Part shown: one piece after another, positions 12,645 to 23,900 of the stretch
How the letters are laid out: each line of letters starts with the position of its first letter
Position numbering within the stretch: the stretch's first letter is position 1
Assembly (NCBI GenBank): GCA_964016885.1
Contig: OZ024742.1
Span: 165,354,001-165,418,000, forward strand
DNA length: 64,000 nt
Direction: 5' to 3'
Source: Eledone cirrhosa
Taxonomy: Eukaryota
The notes under the pieces: generated by a model
What the model was told of the DNA's origin: nothing
Seen by the model: only the letters and a program-made list of their open reading frames with translations
The model's database searches: none
Made by a program: the position numbers and the translations under genes

Positions 12645-15600
12645 AAATTATCTCCCCTTGATTTTTTTTACAAATTATCTCCCCCTGATTTTTTTTTACA
12701 AATTATCTCCCCCTGATTTTTTTTTACGAATTATCTCCCCCCGATTTTTTTTTACAAATTATCTCCCCCTGATTTTTTTTTACAAATTATCTACGCCTAA
12801 TTTTTTTTACAAATTATCTCCCCCTGATTTTTTTTACAAATTATCTCCCCCTGATTTTTTTTACAAATTATCTCCCCCTGATTTTTTTTTACAAATTATT
12901 TCCCCCTGATTTTTTTACAAATTATCTCCCCCCTGATTTTTTTAAAAATTATCTTCCCTTGGCTGGCGGGAAATTATCTCCCCTTGGACGGCTGGAAATT
13001 ATATCCCCTTGGAGGCTGGAATTTATCTCCCCTTGGACGGCTAGAAATTACCTCGCCTTGGACGGCTGGAAAATATGTCTCCTTGGACGGCTGGAAATTA
13101 TCTCCCCTTGGACGGCTGGAAATTATCTCCCCTTGGACGGCTGGAAATTATCTCCCCTTGGACGGCTAGATATTACCTCCCCTTGGACGGCTGGAAATTA
13201 TCTCCCCTTGATTTTTTTTACAAATTATCTCCCCCTGATTTTTTTTTACAAATTATCTCCCCCTGATTTTTTTTACGAATTATCTCCCCCTGATTTTTTT
13301 TTACAAATTATCTCCCCTTGAACGGCTGGAAATTATCTCCCCTTGGACGGCTGGAAATTATCTCCCCTTGAAAGGCTAGAAATTACCTCTCCTTGGACGG
13401 CTGAAAATTATCTCCCCTTGGACGGCTGCAAATTATCTCCCCTTGATTTTTTAACAAATTACCTCGCCTTGGACGGCTGGAAAATATGTCTCCTTGGACG
13501 GCTGGAAATTATCTCCCCTTGGACGGCTGGAAATTATCTCCCCTTGGACGGCTGGAAATTATCTCCCATTGGACGGCTAGATATTACCTCCCCTTGGACG
13601 GCTGCAAATTATCTCCCCTTGATTTTTTTAACAAATTATCTCCCCCTGATTTTTTTTTACAAATTATCTCCCCCTGATTTTTTTTTACAAATTATCTACG
13701 CCTAATTTTTTTTACAAATTATCTCCCCCTGATTTTTTTTTACAAATTATCTCCCCCTGATTTTTTTTACAATCTCCGCCTGATTTTTTTAAAAATTATC
13801 TTCCCTTGGCTGGCGGGAAATTATCTCCCCTTGGACGGCTGGAAATTATATCCCCTTGGAAGGATGGAAATTATCTCCCCTTGGACGGCTGGAAATTATC
13901 TCCCCTTGGACGGCTGGAAATTATCTCCCCTTGGACAGCTGGAAATTATCTGCCCTTGATTTTGTTTTTACAAATTATCTCCCCCTGATTTTTTTTACAA
14001 ATTATCTCCACCTGATTTTTTAAAAAATTATCTCCCCTTGGACGGCTGGAAATTATCTCCCCTTGATTTTTTTACAAATTATCTCCCCCTGATTTTTTTT
14101 ACAAATTATCTCCCCCTGATTTTTTTTTACAAATTATCTCCCCCTGATTTTTTTACAAATTATCTCCCCCTGATTTTTTTTACAAATTATCTCCGCCTGA
14201 TTTTTTTAAATATTATCTTCCCTTGGCTGGCGGGAAATTATCTCCCCTTGGACGGCTGAAAATTATCTCCCCTTGGACGGCTGGAAATTATCTCCCCTTG
14301 ATTTTTTTTACAAATTATCTCCCCCTGATTTTTTTTACAAATTATCTCCCCCTGATTTTTTTTTACAAATTATCTCCCCCTGATTTTTTTTTACAAATTA
14401 TCTGCCCCTGATTTTTTTTACAAATTATCTCCCCCTGATTTTTTTACAAATTATCTCCCCTTGGCTGGCTGGAAATTATCTCCCCTTGGAGGCTGGAATT
14501 TATCTCCCATTGGACGGCTAGAAATTACCTCTCCTTGGAAGGCTGGAAAATATTTCTCCTTGGACGGCTGGATATTATCTACCCTTGGACGGGTGGAAAT
14601 TATCTCCCCTTGGACGGCTGGAAATTATCTCCCCTTGGACAGCTAGATATTACCTCCCCTTGGACGGCTGGAAATTATCTCCCCTTGATTTTTTTTACAA
14701 ATTATCTCCCCCTGATTTTTTTTACAAATTATCTCCACCTGATTTTTTTACAAATTATCTCCCCCTGATTTTTTTTACAAATTATCTCCCCCTGATTTTT
14801 TTACAAATTATCTCCCCTTGGCTGGCTGGAAATTATCTCCCCTTGGAGGCTGGAATTTATCTCCCCTTGGACGGCTGGAAATTATCTCCCCTTGATTTTT
14901 TTTACAAATTATCTACCCCTGATTTTTTTTACAAATTATCTCCCCCTGATTTTTTTTACAAATTATCTCCCCCTGATTTTTTTACAAATTATCTCCCCCT
15001 GATTTTTTTACAAATTATCTCCCCCTGATTTTTTTTTACAAATTATCTACGCCTAATTTTTTTTACAAATTATCTCCCCCTGATTTTTTTTTACAAATTA
15101 TCTCCCCCTGATTTTTTTTTACAAATTATCTCCCCCTGATTTTTTTTTACAAATTATCTCCCCCTGATTTTTTTACAAATTATCTCCCCCCTGATTTTTA
15201 TTACAATCTCCGCCTGATTTTTTAAAAAATTATCTTCCCTTGGCTGGCGGGAAATTATCTTCCCTTGGACGGCTGGAAATTATATCCCCTTGGAAGGATG
15301 GAAATTATCTCCCCTTGGACGGCTGGAAATTATCTCCCCTTGGACGGCTGGAAATTATCTCCCCTTGGACAGCTGGAAATTATCTGCCCTTGATTTTGTT
15401 TTTACAAATTATCTCCCCCTGATTTTTTTTACAAATTATCTCCACCTGATTTTTTAAAAAATTATCTCCCCTTGGACGGCTGGAAATTATCTCCCCTTGG
15501 CTGGAAATTATCTCCCCTTGGACGGCTAGAAATTATCTCTCTTTGAACGGCTGGAAATTATCTGCCTTTGATTTTTTTTACAAATTATCTCCCCCTGATT

Positions 15601-18600
15601 TTTTTTTACAAATTATCTCACCCTGATTTTTTTTACAAATTATCTCCCTCTGATTTTTTTACAAATTATCTCCCCTTGGCTGGCTGGAAATTATCTCCCC
15701 TTGGAGGCTGGAATTTATCTCCCCTTGGACGGCTAGAAATTACCTCTCCTTGGACGGCTGGAAAATATGTCTCCTTGGACGGCTGGATATTATCTACCCT
15801 TGGACGGCTGGAAATTATCTCCCCTTGGACGGCTGGAAATTATCTCCCCTTGGACGGCTAGATATTACCTCCCCTTGGACGGCTGGAAATTATCTCCCCT
15901 TGATTTTTTTACAAATTATCTCCCCCTGATTTTTTTACAAATTATCTCCCCCTGATTTTTTTTACAAATTATCTCCGCCTAATTTTTTTAAATATTATCT
16001 TCCCTTGGCTGGCGGGAAATTATCTCCCCTTGGACGGCTGAAAATTATCTCCCCTTGGACGGCTGGAAATTATCTCCCCTTGATTTTTTTTACAAATTAT
16101 CTGCCCCTGATTTTTTTTTACAAATTATCTCCCCCTGATTTTTTTTACAAATTATCTCCCCCTGATTTTTTTACAAATTATCTCCCCTTGGCTGGCTGGA
16201 AATTATCTCCCCTTGGAGGCTGGAATTTATCTCCCCTTGGACGGCTAGAAATTACCTCTCCTTGGACGGCTGGAAAATATGTCCTTGGACGGCTGGATAT
16301 TATCTACCCTTGGACGGCTGGAAATTATCTCCCCTTGGACGGCTGGAAATTATCTCCCCTTGGACGGCTAGATATTACCTCCCCTTGGACGGCTGGAAAT
16401 TATCTCCCCTTGATTTTTTTTACAAATTATCTCCCCCTGATTTTTTTTTACAAATTATCTCCCCCTGATTTTTTTTTACAAATTATCTACCCCTGATTTT
16501 TTTTTACAAATTATCTCCCCCTGATTTTTTTTACAAATTATCTCCCCCTGATTTTTTTTTACAAATTATCTCCCCCTGATTTTTTTTTACAAATTATCTA
16601 CCCCTGATTTTTTTTACAAATTATCTCCCCCTGATTTTTTTTACAAATTATCTCCCCCTGATTTTGTTTACAAATTATCTCCCCCTGATTTTTTTACAAA
16701 TTATCTCCCCCTGATTTTTTTTACAAATTATCTCCGCCTAATTTTTTTAAATATTATCTTCCCTTGGCTGGCGGGAAATTATCTCCCCTTGGACGGCTGA
16801 AAATTATCTCTCCTTGGACGGCTGGAAATTATCTCCCCTTGATTTTTTTTACAAATTATCTCCCCCTGATTATTTTTTACAAATTATCTCCCCCTGATTT
16901 TTTTTTACAAATTATCTCCCCCTGATTTTTTTTACAAATTATCTCCCCCTGATTTTTTTACAAATTATCTCCCCTTGGCTGGCTGGAAATTATCTCCCCT
17001 TGGAGGCTGGAATTTATCTCCCCTTGGACGGTTAGAAATTACCTCTCCTTGGACGGCTGGAAAATATGTCTCCTTGGACGGCTGGAAATTATCGCCCCTT
17101 GGACGGCTGGAAATTATCTCCCCTTGGACGGCTGGAAATTATCTCTCCTCGGACGGCTAGAAATTACCTCTCCTTGGACAGCTGAAAATTATCTCCCCTT
17201 GGACGGCTGGAAATTATCTCCCCTTGATTTTTTTTACAAATTATCTCCCCCTGATTTTTTTTTACAAATTATCTCCCCCTGATTTTTTTTTACAAATTAT
17301 CTCCCCCTGATTTTTTTTTACAAATTATCTCCCCCTGATATTTTTTACAAACTATCTCCCCCTGATTTTTTTACAAATTATCTCCCCTTGGCTGGCTGGA
17401 AATTATCTCCCCTTGGAGGCTGGAATTTATCTCCCCTTAGACGGCTAGAAATTACCTCGCCTTGGACGGCTGGAAAATATGTCTCCTTGGACGGCTGGAA
17501 ATTATCTCCCCTTGGACGGCTGGAAATTATCTCCCCTTGGACGGCTGGAAATTATCTCCCCTTGGACGGCTAGATATTACCTCCCCTTGGACGGCTGGAA
17601 ATTATCTCCCCTTGATTTTTTTTACAAATTATCTCCCCCTGATTTTTTTTTACAAATTATCTCCCCCTGATTTTTTTTCACGAATTATCTCCCCCCGATT
17701 TTTTTTTACAAATTATCTCCGCCTGATTTTTTAAAAAAAATTATCTCCCCTTGAACGGCTGGAAATTATCTCCCCTTGGACGGCTGGAAATTATCTCCCC
17801 TTGGACGGCTAGAAATTACCTCTCCTTGGACGGCTGAAAATTATCTCCCCTTGGACGGCTGCAAATTATCTCCCCTTGATTTTTTAACAAATTATCTCCC
17901 CCTGATTTTTTTTTACAAATTATCTCCCCTGATTTTTTTTTACAAATTATCTCCCCCTGATTTTTTTACAAATTATCTCCCCCTGATTTTTTTTACAATC
18001 TCCGCCTGATTTTTTTAAAAATTATCTTCCCTTGGCTGGCGGGAAATTATCTCCCCTTGGACGGCTGGAAATTATATCCCCTTGGAAGGATGGAAATTAT
18101 CTCCCCTTGGACGGCTGGAAATTATCTCCCCTTGGACGGCTGGAAATTATCTCCCCTTGGACAGCTGGAAATTATCTGCCCTTGATTTTGTTTTTACAAA
18201 TTATCTCCCCCTGATTTTTTTTACAAATTATCTCCACCTGATTTTTTAAAAAATTATCTCCCCTTGGACGGCTGGAAATTATCTCCCCTTGATTTTTTTA
18301 CAAATTATCTCCCCCTGATTTTTTTTACAAATTATCTCCCCCTGATTTTTTGTTACAAATTATCTCCCCCTGATTTTTTTAAAAATTATCTCCCCCTGAT
18401 TTTTTTTACAAATTATCTCCGCCTGATTTTTTAAATATTATCTTCCCTTGGCTGGCGGGAAATTATCTCCCCTTGGACGGCTGAAAATTATCTCCCCTTG
18501 GACGGCTGGAAATTATCTCCCCTTGATTTTTTTACAAATTATCTCCCCCTGATTTTTTTTTACAAATTATCTCCCCCTGATTTTTTTTACAAATTATCTC

Positions 18601-20112
18601 CCCCTGATTTTTTTTTACAAATTATCTCCCCCTGATTTTTTTACAAATTATCTCCCCTTGGCTAGCTGGAAATTATCTCCCCTTGGAGGCTGGAATTTAT
18701 CTCCCCTTGGACGGCTAGAAATTACCTCTCCTTGGACGGCTGGAAAATATGTCTCCTTGGACGGCTGGATATTATCTACCCTTGGACGGCTGGAAATTAT
18801 CTCCCCTTGGACGGCTGGAAATTATCTCCCCTTGGACGGCTAGATATTACCTCCCCTTGGACGGCTGGAAATTATCTCCCCTTGATTTTTTTTACAAATT
18901 ATCTCCCCCTGATTTTTTTTTACGAATTATCTCCCCCTGATTTTTTTTTACAAATTATCTCCGCCTGATTTTTTTTTAAAATTATCTCCCCTTGAACGGC
19001 TGGAAATTATCTCCCCTTGGACGGCTGGAAATTATCTCCCCTTGGACGGCTAGAAATTACCTCTCCTTGGACGGCTGAAAATTATCTCCCCTTGGACGGC
19101 TGCAAATTATCTCCCCTTGATTTTTTTAACAAATTATCTCCCCCTGATTTTTTTTTACAAATTATCTCCCCCTGATTTTTTTTTACAAATTATCTACGCC
19201 TAATTTTTTTTACAAATTATCTCCCCCTGATTTTTTTTTACAAATTATCTCCCCCTGATTTTTTTTACAAATTATCTCCCCCTGATTTTTTTTTACAAAT
19301 TATCTCCCCCTGATTTTTTTACAAATTATCTCCCCCCTGAATTTTTTTACAATCTCCGCCTGATTTTTTAAAAAATTATCTTCCCTTGGCTGGCAGGAAA
19401 TTATCTCCCCTTGGTCGGCTGGAAATTATATCCCCTTGGAAGGATGGAAATTATCTCCCCTTGGACGGCTGGAAATTATCTCCCCTTGGACGGCTGGAAA
19501 TTACCTCCCCTTGGACAGCTGGAAATTATCTGCCCTTGATTTTGTTTTTACAAATTATCTCCCCCTGATTTTTTTTACAAATTATCTCCACCTGATTTTT
19601 TAAAAAATTATCTCCCCTTGATTTTTTTACAAATTATCTCCCCCTGATTTTTTTTACAAATTATCTCCCCCTGATTTTTTTTTTACAAATTATCTCCCCC
19701 TGATTTTTTTACAAATTATCTCCCCCTGATTTTTTTTACAAATTATCTCCGCCTGATTTTTTTTACAAATTATCTCCCCTTGGCTGGCTGGAAATTATCT
19801 CCCCTTGGAGGCTGGAATTTATCTCCCCTTGGACGGCTAGAAATTACCTCTCCTTGGACGGCTGGAAAATATGTCCTTGGACGGCTGGATATTATCTACC
19901 CTTGGACGGCTGGAAATTATCTCCCCTTGGACGGCTGGAAATTATCTACCCTTGGAGGCTGGAATTTATCTCCCCTTGGACGGCTAGAAATTACCTCTCC
20001 TTGGACGGCTGGAAAATATGTCCTTGGACGGCTGGATATTACCTCCCCTTGGACGGCTGGAAATTATCTCCCCTTGATTTTTTTTACAAATTATCTCCCC
20101 CTGATTTTTTTT

Positions 20113-20530
20113 ACAAATCTAATGATTTTAAAAAAAAAATTATCTCCCCTTCGCTGGCTGGAAATTATCTCCCCTTCGCTGGCTGGAAATTATCTCCCCT
20201 TGGACGCTGGAAATTATAGCCCCTTGGAGGGCTGGAAATTATCTTCCCTTGGACGGCTGGAAATTATCTCCCCTTGGCTCGAAATTATCTCCCCTTGGAC
20301 GGCTAGAAATTATCTCTCTTTGGACGGCTGGAAATTATCTCCCTTTGATTTTTTTTACAAATTATCTCCCCCTGATTTTTTTTACAAATCTCCCCCTGAT
20401 TTTTTAAAAAAAATTATCTCCCCTTCGCTGGCTGGAAATTATCTCCCCTTGGACACTGGAAATTATAGCCCCTTGGAGGGCTGGAAATTATCTTCCCTTG
20501 GACGGCTGGAAATTATCTCTGCTTGATTTT
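20113..20530 (+). repeat. Island of more divergent monomers
   Basis: Contains variants I saw nowhere else: ACAAATCTAATGATTTT(A)10, CCCCTTCGCTGGCTGG (3 copies), TTGGACGCTGG and TTGGCTCG. Confidence 0.8.
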
Positions 20531-20947
20531 TTTTACAAATTATCTCCCCCTGATTTTTTTTTACAAATTATCCCCCCCGATTTTTTTTACAAATTATCTC
20601 CCCCTGATTTTTTTTACAAATTATCTCCCCTTGGACGGCTGGAAATTATCTCCCCTTGGACGGCTGGAAATTATCTCCCCTTGGACGGCTAGAAATTACC
20701 TCTCCTTGGACGACTGAAAATTATCTCCCCTTGGACGGCTGCAAATTATCTCCCCTTGATTTTTTTTACAAATTATCTCCGCCTGATTTTTTTTTTAAAA
20801 TTATCTCCCCTTGGACGGCTGGAAATTACCTCCCCTTGGACGGCTGGAAATTATCTCCCCTTGGACGGCTAGAAATTACCTCTCATTGGACGGCTGAAAA
20901 TTATCTCCCCTTGGACGGCTGGAAATTATCTCCCCTTGATTTTTTTT

Positions 20948-23900
20948 ACAAATTATCTCCCCCTGATTTTTTTTTACAAATTATCTCCCCCTGATTTTTT
21001 TTTTACAAATTATCTCCGCCTGATTTTTTTTTAAAATTATCTCTCCTTGGACGGCTGGATATTATCTCCCCTTTCATTTTTTTTACAAATTATCTCCCCC
21101 TGATTTTTTTTTACAAATTATCTCCCCCTGATTTTTTTTTTACAAATTATCTACCCCTAATTTTTTTTTACAAATTATCTCCCCCTGATTTTTTTTACAA
21201 ATTATCTCCCCCTGATTTTTTTTTTACAAATTATCTCCCCCTGATTTTTTTACAAATTATCTCCCCCTGATTTTTTTTACAAATTATCTCCGCCTGATTT
21301 TTTTAAATATTATCTTCTCTTGGCTGGCGGGAAATTATCTCCCCTTGGACGGCTGAAAATTATCTCCCCTTGGACGGCTGGAAATTATCTCCCCTTGATT
21401 TTTTTTACAAATTATCTCCCCCTGATTTTTTTTTACAAATTATCTCCCCCTGATTTTTTTTACAAATTATCTCCCCCTGATTTTTTTTTACAAATTATCT
21501 CCCCCTGATTTTTTTTACAAATTATCTCCCCCTGATTTTTTTACAAATTATCTCCCCTTGGCTGGCTGGAAATTATCTCCCCTTGGAGGCTGGAATTTAT
21601 CTCCCCTTGGACGGCTAGAAATTACCTCTCCTTGGACGGCTGGAAAATATGTCCTTGGACGGCTGGATATTATCTACCCTTGGACGGCTGGAAATTATCT
21701 CCCCTTGGACGGCTGGAAATTATCTCCCCTTGGACGGCTAGATATTACCTCCCCTTGGACGGCTGGAAATTATCTCCCCTTGATTTTTTTTACAAATTAT
21801 CCCCCCCTGATTTTTTTTTACAAATTATCTCCCCCTGATTTTTTTTTACAAATTATCTACCCCTGATTTTTTTTTACAAATTATCTCCCCCTAATTTTTT
21901 TTACAAATTATCTCTCCCTGATTTTTTTTTACAAATTATCTCCCCCTGATTTTTTTTTTAAAATTATCTACCCCTGATTTTTTTTTACAAATTATCTCCC
22001 CCTGATTCTTTTTACAAATTATCTCCCCCTGATTTTTTTTACAAATTATCTCCCCCTGATTTTTTTACAAATTATCTCCCCCCGATTTTTTTTACAAATT
22101 ATCTCCGCCTAATTTTTTTAAATATTATCTTCCCTTGGCTGGCGGGAAATTATCTCCCCTTGGACGGCTGAAAATTATCTCCCCTTGGACGGCTGGAAAT
22201 TATCTCCCCTTGATTTTTTTACAAATTATCTCCCCCTGATTATTTTTTACAAATTATCTCCCCCTGATTTTTTTTTACAAATTATCTCCCTCTGATTTTT
22301 TTTACAAATTATCTCCCCTTGGCTGGCTGGAAATTATCTCCCCTTGGAGGCTGGAATTTATCTCCACTTGGACGGTTAGAAATTACCTCTCCTTGGACTG
22401 CTGGAAAATATGTCTCCTTGGACGGCTGGAAATTATCTCCCCTTGGACGGCTGGAAATTATCTCCCCTTGGACGGCTGGAAATTATCTCTCCTCGGACGA
22501 CTAGAAATTACCTCTCCTTGGACAGCTGAAAATTATCTCCCCTTGGACGGCTGGAAATTATCTCCCCTTGATTTTTTTTACAAATTATCTCCCCCCGATT
22601 TTTTTTTACAAATTATCTCCCCCTGATTTTTTTTTACAAATTATCTCCCCCTGATTTTTTTTACAAATTATCTCCCCCTGATATTTTTTACAAATTATCT
22701 CCCCCTGATTTTTTTACAAATTATCTCCCCTTGGCTGGCTGGAAATTATCTCCCCTTGGAGGCTGGAATTTATCTCCCCTTGGACGGCTAGAAATTACCT
22801 CGCCTTGGACGGCTGGAAAATATGTCTCCTTGGACGGCTGGAAATTATCTGCCCTTGGACGGCTGGAAATTATCTCCCCTTGGACGGCTGGAAATTATCT
22901 CCCCTTGGACGGCTAGATATTACCTCCCCTTGGACGGCTGGAAATTATCTCCCCTTGATTTTTTTTACAAATTATCTCCCCCTGATTTTTTTTTAAAATT
23001 ATCTCCCCTTGAACGGCTGGAAATTATCTCCCCTTGGACGGCTGGAAATTATCTCCCCTTGGACGGCTAGAAATTACCTCTCCTTGGACGGCTGAAAATT
23101 ATCTCCCCTTGGACGGCTGCAAATTATCTCCCCTTGATTTTTTAACAAATTATCTCCCCCTGATTTTTTTTTACAAATTATCTCCCCCTGATTTTTTTTT
23201 ACAAATTATCTACGCCTAATTTTTTTTACAAATTATCTCCCCCTGATTTTTTTTTACAAATTATCTCCCCCTGATTTTTTTTACAAATTATCTCCCCCTG
23301 ATTTTTTTTTACAAATTATTTCCCCCTGATTTTTTTACAAATTATCTCCCCCCTGATTTTTTTTACAATCTCCGCCTGATTTTTTTAAAAATTATCTTGC
23401 CTTGGCTGGCGGGAAATTATCTCCCCTTGGACGGCTGGAAATTATATCCCCTTGGACGGCTGGAAATTACCTCCCCTTGGACAGCTGGAAATTATCTGCC
23501 CTTGATTTTGTTTTTACAAATTATCTCCCCCTGATTTTTTTTACAAATTATCTCCACCTGATTTTTTAAAAAATTATCTCCCCTTGGACGGCTGGAAATT
23601 ATCTCCCCTTGATTTTTTTACAAATTATCTCCCCCTGATTTTTTTTACAAATTATCTCCCCCTGATTTTTTTTTACAAATTATCTCCCCCTGATTTTTTT
23701 ACAAATTATCTCCCCCTGATTTTTTTTACAAATTATCTCCGCCTGATTTTTTTAAATATTATCTTCCCTTGGCTGGCGGGAAATTATCTCCCCTTGGACG
23801 GCTGATAATTATCTCCCCTTGGACGGCTGGAAATTATCTCCCCTTGATTTTTTTTACAAATTATCTCCCCCTGATTTTTTTTTACAAATTATCTCCCCCT

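Noticed and set aside
19780-20526. Longest ORF (248 aa) as a repeat protein
   Set aside because: Explained by an extended A-run and chance phasing of the TGA in B units; it uses the same repeat peptide vocabulary.
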